Assembly: GCA_965204745.1 (NCBI GenBank)
Contig: OZ242010.1
Span: 3,040,001 to 3,104,000, forward strand
DNA from: Candidatus Latescibacterota bacterium
GTDB taxonomy: Bacteria > Latescibacterota > UBA2968
Length of the DNA stretch: 64,000 nt
Direction of reading: 5' to 3'
This document shows positions 8,217-16,771 of the stretch, piece by piece. The translations under genes were made by a program, and so were the position numbers. How positions within the stretch are numbered: position 1 is the first letter of the stretch; the number at the start of each line of letters is the position of its first letter. Below the pieces are notes generated by a model. It saw nothing but the letters and a program-made list of their open reading frames with translations. It did no database searches and was not told where the DNA came from.

Positions 8217-10319
8217 CGGCAACACAGGCACGTCAGGATGCTCTCCCAGCAGATATTTCCGTAGCAGGTACTCATAAATTTGCACAAAGTCGCCGCGGCC
8301 ATTGTGCGCGTTGTAGAAATGGCATATCGGATTGGGATTGACTTCCAAAACGAAAAACCCATCGCGGCTCGCGATCAGGTCCAGCGCGTAAAACCCCAAA
8401 TCCAACACCCGATTCAACGCGCGGATCAGCACGCGAAACTCATCCAGTAATCCCTGATCCGCGACCGGCACCGCGACGCCACCCGCCCGATGCAGGGGAT
8501 TGAGATCCGCGCCTTCAATGGCCGCGTCATTCTGCTTTTGATAGGCCAGCAACACCTCGTCTCCACTCCCCACGATGCGGTATTCAGGCCCCTCGATATA
8601 CGCTTGGATCAACAGCACATTGTCAAATCGGCTACTGTCGATACACAACTCGCGCAACCGCGCCTCCAAGCCCGCGGCATCCGCCTCCAAATACACGCCC
8701 TGCGCCATAGACCCGCGATTGCGTTTTACCACCACCGGAAAAGACATGCGTCGCATCGCATCCGCCGCGATAGCCGCGACAGAAGCGTGCGTCTTGTACC
8801 GATCAAAACGCCGATCCGCCAGCGGATTAAACACCGTCATCGTCTTTGGAATCGCGATAGCCGCCCGCTCAAACAACTCGTATTGATACCCCTTGTCCTC
8901 CGCCAATTTCGCGGAAACATAATCGTTGAACGGGTGTTTGTTCCGCAAAAAATACAGGGACTTCCCCGTTCGTGTCACGCGCACCACATTGCCATCTGCC
9001 GACACCGCGTCATAGCTTATCCCCAACTTTCCGCAGGCGATTTCGAGACAGCGCAGGCTTTCGAGGATCACATCCTCGCTGAAACTGTCCTGCTCTCTGG
9101 GCAAACCCAACACCTCGCGGGCCAGCGCGACCAGATGCAATGACCCCGTCACGCACACGGGCCGCCTGGGCGCGTCCGTCAAAAAATCCAATCCCCCTGA
9201 TTCGCACCGCACGCGCAACCCTTTGGGCACCTGCGATTTTAAGCGCGCCACGGGAATGGCTTTGGGATGCGCGGACCGCGTCAAAACCACCTCTGCACAC
9301 ACCGGCGAAAGCGCGTGTAAAATGCCCCGCGCATCGTGCCCTTCATTCACACCCACCACAAAGAGCCACTCGTCTGCCAGCGGTTGCAAATCTTTGACCA
9401 ATGCGCGAACCGCAGCGGGATTGTGCGCCCCATCCAAAATCAAGGGCGGGGTTTTCCGAACCACTTCAAACCGCCCGGGCAACTGAAACCGCGACACCAC
9501 CTCCTGCACCCGTTCATCCGGCAACGCCACCCCTGCTCCGTCCGCGATATGCCGCGCCACCACCACAGAGAGCGAGGCATTCTCCCGAAATGTCGCCGGC
9601 CGATCCGCAACATCGACCACCTCCCCACCGACCACCTGCAACGCGGCCCCTCGCTGCGCGCAGGCTCTTTTTAGCAACGCCAACACCTCGGGCACCTGTT
9701 GCGACCCCGTGAACAGGGGCCTGCCGCATCGCGCAATCTGCACCTTATCCGCCGCAATCTGCGTCAGGGTATCGCCCAACACCGCCGTGTGATCCAAGTG
9801 AATGGCAGTCAAAACCGCGACGTGTGAATCCCACGCATTGGTCGCGTCAAATCGCCCGCCTAGGCCCACCTCAAAAACCGCCCAATCCACATTCGCCCGC
9901 GCAAAGTGATCGGCGGCCAGTACCGTAATCGCCTCAAACTTGCTAAACGCCCCCAAGCCCTCGCGCTCAAAATCTCGGGTCTTCTCGTAAAACCGCGCCA
10001 CCCCCTCGGCCCACGCCGCTCGCGCAATCACCTCGCCATCCACGCGGACGCGCTCGCGCACCGTGTGCAAATGCGGCGACGCATAAAGCCCCACGCGAAA
10101 ACCCGCGCTTTGCAACAAATCGGCCAACAGAGAACTCACCGTGCCCTTGCCATTTGTGCCGCCCACAACAACGGACCGAAACCGCGCTTGGGGATCGTCC
10201 AACCGCGTCAACAAGGTATGCACCCGCGGCAAATAATTCTCCAACGGTCCCTCGACCGGTTCACCCGTTTCCCAATCGGGCAGTGTATTGAGAAACCGAT
10301 TGCTCCGAAAATAATTCAT
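8187..10319 (-). CDS. folC: FolC (folylpolyglutamate/dihydrofolate synthase) fused to a C-terminal RimK-like ATP-grasp domain
   Basis: GGTNGKGTV, SPHL..RER, FEVGLGGRFDATN, LDH, PGRFE, LDGAHNP, VTGSLHLV; then EDKGYQY, FPVVVKRNRGSMAQGV, IQAYIEGPEYR, DLI..FFVLEVNPNP. Confidence 0.85.
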   Translation of the reverse strand: MNYFRSNRFLNTLPDWETGEPVEGPLENYLPRVHTLLTRLDDPQARFRSVVVGGTNGKGTVSSLLADLLQSAGFRVGLYASPHLHTVRERVRVDGEVIARAAWAEGVARFYEKTRDFEREGLGAFSKFEAITVLAADHFARANVDWAVFEVGLGGRFDATNAWDSHVAVLTAIHLDHTAVLGDTLTQIAADKVQIARCGRPLFTGSQQVPEVLALLKRACAQRGAALQVVGGEVVDVADRPATFRENASLSVVVARHIADGAGVALPDERVQEVVSRFQLPGRFEVVRKTPPLILDGAHNPAAVRALVKDLQPLADEWLFVVGVNEGHDARGILHALSPVCAEVVLTRSAHPKAIPVARLKSQVPKGLRVRCESGGLDFLTDAPRRPVCVTGSLHLVALAREVLGLPREQDSFSEDVILESLRCLEIACGKLGISYDAVSADGNVVRVTRTGKSLYFLRNKHPFNDYVSAKLAEDKGYQYELFERAAIAIPKTMTVFNPLADRRFDRYKTHASVAAIAADAMRRMSFPVVVKRNRGSMAQGVYLEADAAGLEARLRELCIDSSRFDNVLLIQAYIEGPEYRIVGSGDEVLLAYQKQNDAAIEGADLNPLHRAGGVAVPVADQGLLDEFRVLIRALNRVLDLGFYALDLIASRDGFFVLEVNPNPICHFYNAHNGRGDFVQIYEYLLRKYLLGEHPDVPVLPVRSKMKGVR

Positions 10320-10414
10320 CTGACTCCTTCAAACCGAAATGCGAGTTGATTCCTAAATTTTTTGTCCTATCATGGTCTGACCTGTCGCGATGATCGCCAC
10401 GAGCGGAGGCCGTT

Positions 10415-11569
10415 ATGGAACGCATCGTCGATCCCAAGTATCTCTTCGCTTTCTCCTCCCAAACCGGTCGGCCCTACCACTGCAAGTGCTATTGGGAAAA
10501 CCTCTACGTCTTTGTCTATGGCGCGAATCGCGTGCTCGTGGCAACGCGCGCGGTCCCCTTCAGTTCCCTGCACGAAGCCCTCTACGCCGCCTTCAAAGGG
10601 CAGCGCGGCAACGCCCTCACGCAACATCTCTTGCCCGAAGCCCTGCAACGGCCCCATCTCAGCGTGTTCAACAATGCCTCTCCTGTGCAAACCTTTGCAG
10701 ACGACATCTCTGCACTCGTCCCGGAACAAAGCTCGCAACTGCCCGAAGAACGCATTGCAAAAACAGAAGCGCGCATCGAAGAAGCCGCGTCTCGCATCAT
10801 GATCGCGCAGGGCATAGAAGGCGGCCTAGGCAGTTTTGCCGCTGACGAAACCACGCCCTTTCTCGCCCGAGACGAACCCGGCGACCTCACGCAATCCTTC
10901 GGCGGCGACGAAGACGCCGCGCTGATCCAAATGAGCGTCCAGATCGACGCCGTCATCAAAACCCAAGTGCGCGAAACCCTGCAAGCCATGTACAAAAACG
11001 CATCCACCAGTCGCCCCGGCGACCTCGAAGCCATGGACAACAGCTACTCATTTGACATCGCCGCACGCCTATACACCAACCCCCGCTACCTCGGCTTTGT
11101 GCGCCGCCTCATCAGTGCCAAAGGCAGCTATGCCTCCCCGGTTGTGCGCGACTTCCTCAAGTTTTACGTGCGTTGCTTCAACATCAAATTTGCCGACCAC
11201 CTGCGCCAAAGCAACGACCCCGACCTAGCGCGCCAACGCCTCGAAAGCGCGTTGGGCCACGAAAAGATCGGCTCCCATCACTACCTCGACTACCACGACC
11301 TCACCATCTTGGGCCGCGTCTTTCAAGGCGACCTCAAACGCGATCCCGACGACCCGGACCAGACCCCCCACAGGTTCAAACTCCACGCCTCCGTCACCCC
11401 CCAAAATCTCCGCCTGTGCGAAATCCGCGATCCCATCCAGCGGTTCACGATCCGCAAATTTGTCGAACACACCTTCAATACCAATCACAACATCAAAAAC
11501 ATCCACTACATCCGAAACAGCCGCGTGTACACCCTCGGCTCTTCAAAAATCCCACCGCTTTGGCGATAG
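10415..11569 (+). CDS. Hypothetical protein (384 aa)
   Basis: GGAGG RBS before ATG 10415, host-like codon usage, no recognisable motif. Confidence 0.7.
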   Translation: MERIVDPKYLFAFSSQTGRPYHCKCYWENLYVFVYGANRVLVATRAVPFSSLHEALYAAFKGQRGNALTQHLLPEALQRPHLSVFNNASPVQTFADDISALVPEQSSQLPEERIAKTEARIEEAASRIMIAQGIEGGLGSFAADETTPFLARDEPGDLTQSFGGDEDAALIQMSVQIDAVIKTQVRETLQAMYKNASTSRPGDLEAMDNSYSFDIAARLYTNPRYLGFVRRLISAKGSYASPVVRDFLKFYVRCFNIKFADHLRQSNDPDLARQRLESALGHEKIGSHHYLDYHDLTILGRVFQGDLKRDPDDPDQTPHRFKLHASVTPQNLRLCEIRDPIQRFTIRKFVEHTFNTNHNIKNIHYIRNSRVYTLGSSKIPPLWR

Positions 11570-12783
11570 TAGTCCTCATCCAGCACAAACGCGCCGCCTC
11601 GGGGGCGTAGCCACGACGCCTGGGGCATCGGGTATTCGGAAAGCATGCGCGCCCAGGTGCCGTAATTTTCCGGGCCATTGGACTCCATCAATCCCCCCTG
11701 CACGCCTGGGAACGCGGGCAATCGCGCAGCCACATTCTTGTTCCACTCCACCAGCACGGGCACGCACGCATTATCGGCCACAAAACACGGCACCCCTGCC
11801 AATGTCGCGGCCTCGATCATGCGAAACGCCAGCGACAGCGTCTTGCCCGCGGGCTTGATCGCCATCGCGCCATATCCCTGTTCCAAACGGGTATGCACAT
11901 CTGCAACCGTCTCGATGCTCTCATCCCCTGCAAACCGCGCGGGCAAGCCGTGGACATCCACCTCTGCCGGACGAGAAAACGGCTCCTCGATCAACGCGAT
12001 GCAATCCAAAAACCCCTCGCGCTGTGCATAATCCAACAACCGCGCCATGCTATCCTTTTCGGCATACCGCCCATTGGCATCCAAATAATAGAGCACCTGG
12101 CCCGAATCCGTCATCTCGGTCTCGTACTGACGGGCCAACCGATGCACCCGCGACAAACAGGCCATATCTTTCTCCACCATTTCGGCTTCATCCCCCGGAT
12201 GCCCAATTTTGATTTTCAGAATGTACGCGCCATCATCTAAAATCGCCCGCAATTCATCTATCGGCAGGGTATAACTCACCGCGGGCACGAGCGCGACATG
12301 CGATTGGCGATGCGACAAAAATGCGTGAAACTCCTCTGGAATCACAGCATCAAAAGTCGTCAGGCCCCTCCGCTTTGCGTGCAAAAGCCAAGCCGCATTG
12401 TCTAGCGCGACCAGCGCGATCAACGCAAATGTGCGCCGCAAATCCGCAAGCCCCGTCACCGTCTTTCCGTACAAAAAAACATCGTTTTCAACCGCGTCGA
12501 ACATGTCTATCGGATCGGCAAACGCCCGCCCTTTGACCTGCTGAAGCGCGAATTCCAAAAGAGACGCTTGAAGCAAATTGCCGCCCATTTCCGTATGCGC
12601 CGCAAACACCGCAGCATCTGACCACAACACGGCCAACCCGCCCAACCCGAACGCCTCATACCCATCGGCATCTTTCAACCGCACCACGAGATTCCACTTC
12701 TCGTGAAACGCCGATCCCTTAAACGCAAAGGGTCGCGCAAACGGCTCGCGCTGAATTTCCAAATCCGTTTCGACAATGTGCAT
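11506..12783 (-). CDS. Enolase-superfamily (mandelate racemase/Ala-Glu epimerase-like) protein
   Basis: LKIKIG (KxK), YLDANGRY, IEEPF, AGDES, IKPAGKTLS. Confidence 0.8.
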   Translation of the reverse strand: MHIVETDLEIQREPFARPFAFKGSAFHEKWNLVVRLKDADGYEAFGLGGLAVLWSDAAVFAAHTEMGGNLLQASLLEFALQQVKGRAFADPIDMFDAVENDVFLYGKTVTGLADLRRTFALIALVALDNAAWLLHAKRRGLTTFDAVIPEEFHAFLSHRQSHVALVPAVSYTLPIDELRAILDDGAYILKIKIGHPGDEAEMVEKDMACLSRVHRLARQYETEMTDSGQVLYYLDANGRYAEKDSMARLLDYAQREGFLDCIALIEEPFSRPAEVDVHGLPARFAGDESIETVADVHTRLEQGYGAMAIKPAGKTLSLAFRMIEAATLAGVPCFVADNACVPVLVEWNKNVAARLPAFPGVQGGLMESNGPENYGTWARMLSEYPMPQASWLRPRGGAFVLDEDYYRQSGGIFEEPRVYTRLFRM

Positions 12784-12823
12784 GATGTCGTATCCTCATC
12801 CATTGGGATTCGTTCCTTGTAGG

Positions 12824-12975
12824 AAGTAAGAGGTAAGAAGTGAGAGGTGAGAAGGCCACCCAACAGCCCATCCACAAGTAAGAAGCAAGACGGGAGAGGT
12901 GAGAAGGCCACCCAACAACCCATCCGCAAGTAAGAGGTAAGAAGTGAGAGGTGAGAAGGCCGCCCAACAACCCCA
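12824..12975 (+). repeat. 52 bp tandem repeat, about 3 copies, made of purine heptamers plus a C-rich linker
   Basis: gagaggtgagaaggcc at 12842, 12894 and 12946, each followed by RcccaacaRccc. Confidence 0.9.
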
Positions 12976-13042
12976 AAACCCGATGCCCTTCGTTGATGAA
13001 TCGGCCTGAAAGCGGCCAGTCTCCCCGGCCCCCGTGCCTGTC

Positions 13043-13420
13043 CTATTTCATCCCCGCGATGATGTCCAAGAGCACGAGATACGCGCCCGTATCGCCAAAA
13101 ATGGGCGTGCGGGTCGGTGGGTTTTCCGGGAAAAATTCCGCGTACGCGTCGTTGAAATCCGAAAATAGGGCGCGATCCTTGAGGATGGCCGTCACCTTCA
13201 AGGTGTTGTCGAGCGACGTTCCCGCGTCTTCGAGAATGCCCGAGATATTGGCGAGAATGCACCGGGTCTGAGTTTTGATGTCGTCCCCGACAATTTCATC
13301 CGTCTCTGGATCCACCGGCGGTTGGGCCGAGATGAAAATGAGGTCGCCGTAGATCACGGCTTGCGAATAGGGAAATTTGGGAATGTTACCGCGGTTGCTG
13401 GTGAAGGGTTGTTTTTTCAT
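13043..13420 (-). CDS. RidA/YjgF-family protein
   Basis: PYSQAV, IFISAQ, QTRCILANI, KVTAILKD..FNDAYAEFF..PPTRT; AGGAG RBS. Confidence 0.85.
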   Translation of the reverse strand: MKKQPFTSNRGNIPKFPYSQAVIYGDLIFISAQPPVDPETDEIVGDDIKTQTRCILANISGILEDAGTSLDNTLKVTAILKDRALFSDFNDAYAEFFPENPPTRTPIFGDTGAYLVLLDIIAGMK

Positions 13421-13685
13421 GGTCATCTCCTTGGCGGTGGTCGGCGGTTACAGACAGAATATAATGCTCATTAAAAAAAAAGGGAATTATATACTTGAAT
13501 AAACCCAATGCCCTTTGCATCCCTTTTAAGCTTCTCCTAACGTCAAATCCTTGTCTGTGGGCACGGTATCCATTGCAAATTCCTCGAAAAAACAATACTC
13601 TCATTCATTGTCTTAAGGAAAAAATATAATAACATAGACTCGTCTAGTTAAGTATATAATTCCCAAAAAAAATAAAGAGGTACAG

Positions 13686-14141
13686 ATGAAGTTGTTTCGC
13701 CTAAAACGATCTCTCGTATTGCCGCTTTCAATGGATGAGGCGTGGTCATTTTTCTCCAATCCGCAAAACTTGGGCAAAATTACGCCCCCGAAAATGAACC
13801 TCATACCGACCCATCCGCTACCCGATGCGATGCACCCCGGGCAAGTGATCGCGTATCGCGTGCGAATCGGACTTGGGATTTCAGTGAACTGGGTGACGGA
13901 GATTACGCATGTCGATGCGCCGCATTTTTTTGTGGATGAACAGCGTTTTGGGCCGTATAAATTTTGGAATCACTTGCATCGTTTCGCGCAGCATGCTCGG
14001 GGGGTGCGAGTTGAAGACATCGTGCATTATGGACTTTATGGCGGCATCTTGGCGCGGGGGATCCACGCCGCACTTGTGCGCCCGCAACTCGAGGCGATTT
14101 TTGATTATCGCAAACGGGTTTTGGACGATCTCTTCGTTTAA
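13686..14141 (+). CDS. SRPBCC-family ligand-binding protein
   Basis: AWSFFSNPQNLGKITPP, WVTEITHV..FFVDEQRFGPYKFWNHLHRF, IFDYR. Confidence 0.85.
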   Translation: MKLFRLKRSLVLPLSMDEAWSFFSNPQNLGKITPPKMNLIPTHPLPDAMHPGQVIAYRVRIGLGISVNWVTEITHVDAPHFFVDEQRFGPYKFWNHLHRFAQHARGVRVEDIVHYGLYGGILARGIHAALVRPQLEAIFDYRKRVLDDLFV

Positions 14142-14205
14142 TGGAACGCCCCGCCGTGTCGCGTAGTCTAAAGACGAAAATAATGATTTGCAAAGGAGGC
14201 CGTGC

Positions 14206-14883
14206 ATGTCTGTCAATCGCCGACATTTTCTCGTTCAAGCCGCTACATGGGGTGCTGTGGCATTTGCAGCGCCGGGGGTTTTCGCCGAACAACTCACGCG
14301 CACGCCCCGACAGACCGAAGGGCCGTTTTATCCAGACGAGTTGCCTCTGGATGTCGATAATGATCTCGTGGTGATCAACGACGCGATTACGCCAGCCGTC
14401 GGGGAAATCACGCACTTGACCGGGCGCGTTTTGGATGTGAATGGCAATCCCGTCAAAAACGCGCTGGTGGAAATCTGGCAGGTGGATAGCCGTGGCATTT
14501 ACATTCACACCGATGCCCCGCGGCGAACGCGGCGAGACGTGAACTTTCAGGGCTTTGGGCGTTTTGAAACCGGATCGACAGGTCAATATCGCTTTCGCAC
14601 CATCAAGCCCGTGCCTTATGGCGGCGCGCGTACCGCGCATATCCATTTTGCGATTGACAAAAATGGGCATCGGCTTTTGACCACGCAACTCTACGTGAAG
14701 GACAATCCGGACAATGCGTGGGATTTCATCTTTCGGCATTCCGACCACGCGACCATGCTGTCCGCCGCGTTTGAGCCTTTGCCCGGCTCTGAAATCGGCG
14801 AATTAACGGCCAATTTCGATATCGTGATCGGCGAGACGCCCGAAGACCGAGAACGAGACTGGGGCCGGCGGAGGAGGCGATAA
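14206..14883 (+). CDS. Intradiol ring-cleavage dioxygenase-like protein with Tat signal peptide
   Basis: NRRHFL Tat motif; TEGPFYP, VEIWQVDSRGIY, FRTIKPVPY, RTAHIHF. Confidence 0.85.
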   Translation: MSVNRRHFLVQAATWGAVAFAAPGVFAEQLTRTPRQTEGPFYPDELPLDVDNDLVVINDAITPAVGEITHLTGRVLDVNGNPVKNALVEIWQVDSRGIYIHTDAPRRTRRDVNFQGFGRFETGSTGQYRFRTIKPVPYGGARTAHIHFAIDKNGHRLLTTQLYVKDNPDNAWDFIFRHSDHATMLSAAFEPLPGSEIGELTANFDIVIGETPEDRERDWGRRRRR

Positions 14884-15017
14884 AAATATCAACGCGCCCC
14901 TTGCGGATAAACTCACTTTTGGGTATTCTTTTGTCATAGATGGCGTTTCCATTTGTTGCTTCAATGGAGTAAATCGCGATCTCAATTATCTGCCACAACA
15001 ACGGAGCGATTTGATAC

Positions 15018-15530
15018 ATGCTGGATTTAGACGATCTCGGTCATGGGCTTCCGGCTATCACGCCGAACTTCGGCAAGGCACTGGCAGAAGCCGGGGGCGT
15101 ATGCTTGGAATCACAAGGGCATGTACAAGGCGTTCAACTTCTCGTCAGAGGGTACAAAAATAAACGCTATCCCTTAGCGTGGCCGCCGGTTACTGATCAA
15201 ACTCGCAGATGCTGGAATGACCCAGAGGTTGCCACTGAACACGGTGCGGTGGGTATTGCGGTTTTGCTGGCACAGAAGGAAATCGGCTATACAGTGATCG
15301 AGCGTTCTCAAAAAGGTACCGGCTTTGATTACTGGATGGGAGACGAGTCAAGTTTTCCCCTCCAGAAGAAGGCGCGGCTGGAAATATCGGGTATTCGCAG
15401 GGGAAGTGACCGCGTGAAGACGCGAGTCAGGCAAAAATTGAGACAAACCGACCCATCTGATGGGTCGAAACCGGCTTATGTCATTGTCGTTGAATTTGGA
15501 TATCCCCTTGCGGAGGTTCAAAAAAAATGA
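15018..15530 (+). CDS. Hypothetical protein, possible restriction-endonuclease-like fold
   Basis: EHGAVGIA..KGTGFDYW..RLEISGI..YVIVVEF pattern; GGAG RBS; lower GC than flanks. Confidence 0.65.
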   Translation: MLDLDDLGHGLPAITPNFGKALAEAGGVCLESQGHVQGVQLLVRGYKNKRYPLAWPPVTDQTRRCWNDPEVATEHGAVGIAVLLAQKEIGYTVIERSQKGTGFDYWMGDESSFPLQKKARLEISGIRRGSDRVKTRVRQKLRQTDPSDGSKPAYVIVVEFGYPLAEVQKK

Positions 15531-15871
15531 GTGTTAGCGATTCCCACCATAAGGCCATGGATTTTGCGGAACACGCCCTTTTGGCACGCATACGAGGCCG
15601 TCGAGAAGACGCAATTGAGTTTTCTAAGAAGGCATTGGAGCATGAACTCGTTGCCATTCGGAAACTGGATGAGCGCGGCGAGCGTGTCGAGCCAACGTGG
15701 TCTGTGTTGCACCGCAGTGCCGGGTGGCTGGCGTTTAACTGCAATCAGTTTCGTCGCGCCGAGCAGTTGGCGCGCAAAGCCCTTGCTGGCAACCCACACC
15801 CAGAGATCGCAGATGAATTACGCGAACTTTTAGTGGAAATATATCGCACTTTGGAAAAAGACCTCTATTAA
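15527..15871 (+). CDS. Small helical (TPR-like) hypothetical protein, coupled to the upstream gene
   Basis: ATGA overlap; HHKAMDFAE..ALEHELVA..VLHRSAGWLA..AEQLARKALAGNP..IADEL. Confidence 0.65.
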   Translation: MSVSDSHHKAMDFAEHALLARIRGRREDAIEFSKKALEHELVAIRKLDERGERVEPTWSVLHRSAGWLAFNCNQFRRAEQLARKALAGNPHPEIADELRELLVEIYRTLEKDLY

Positions 15872-15927
15872 CGGATTTAACCCTTGAACAGATCGTTGCA
15901 CAAGGGGTGAAAGTCTTGTAGTTAATC

Positions 15928-16235
15928 TGTTGGTCATTGTTGATTGTTTGGTGTATGTTTTGTGTCGTATTTGTTCTTTGAAAAGTGAAGCGGGATAGGC
16001 CGTTGCTGATAAAGACATGTCTGCGACAGCGACAACCAAGCGGCAGACCTAAAATCTCCTATCAGCGTAAAATCCACAGGAAGAATAGGAAATACTAACT
16101 ATTCACTTGCGCGGCTAGCTTGACCGAGCAAGTAAAAAACGGACGTGGAGGTGCTGTAAGACGGACAAGAGGTTGTATGTGCTTGGACGCTGGCCTGATG
16201 AAGCGTCAATTTCAGTTGGTCAACAATGATCAACA
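15928..16235 (+). ncRNA. Candidate structured non-coding RNA (unclassified)
   Basis: Closing stem tgttggtcattgttga/tcaacaatgatcaaca (16 bp, one G-U) plus internal stems gctgata/tatcagc, gtctgc/gcagac, tccac/gtgga, gaatag/ctattc, acttgc/gcaagt, gacgct/agcgtc; no credible ORF. Confidence 0.4.
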
Positions 16236-16335
16236 AGAAAGGAGCGGGGTTGGTACTTCATGACCGGTTGCGCGATAAAAAAATTAAATGGCCTGAAATA
16301 AAGGAAATATAGCCCCATAGAATTGGAGATTCGCT

Positions 16336-16698
16336 TTGCGACGGTTTAGCCACATATTTACGGGCATCGCGTTGCGCGTGGTTGTCGCGCTGACGCTCGT
16401 CGGCATGGTCGCGCCGTGTCTGTGTTGGGCGCACGAGCGGCCGAGTTGTCACGCCACCGCAGAGATGGACGATTGTTGTTGTTCCAAAGACGCGACTGTC
16501 GATAGCGACATGCCCGTGCGCGGCCTGGCTGTTTTGCCGATTGAATGGCAAAATCCACCGTTGGATTTGATGCCCGCGATGTCGCCCATTGCCGTGCTTT
16601 CCCATCCCATATCCCTTCCTCTTTTGGGGCCTGATCGCGGCGGGTCATTGCGATCACCGCCCTGCCTGTACCTCCTCCACGCCACATTCCGCTTGTGA
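16336..16698 (+). CDS. Exported Cys/His-rich leader protein upstream of metal-efflux genes (DUF2946-like)
   Basis: GGAG then TTG; hydrophobic signal-like segment, CLC..SCH..DDCCC, C-terminal RSPPCLYLLHATFRL. Confidence 0.6.
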   Translation: MRRFSHIFTGIALRVVVALTLVGMVAPCLCWAHERPSCHATAEMDDCCCSKDATVDSDMPVRGLAVLPIEWQNPPLDLMPAMSPIAVLSHPISLPLLGPDRGGSLRSPPCLYLLHATFRL

Positions 16699-16771
16699 TA
16701 TTCCCCGTCTGACTGGCGTCGCGAATGTTTTACCCGTCCCTTTATACGCCCCTATTTTCTGGAGGTGACCG

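Noticed and set aside
12824-12975. CRISPR array
   Set aside because: The units are near-identical tandem copies with no unique spacers
15961-15990. rRNA operon leader suggested by the boxA-like sequence
   Set aside because: No rRNA or tRNA sequence follows
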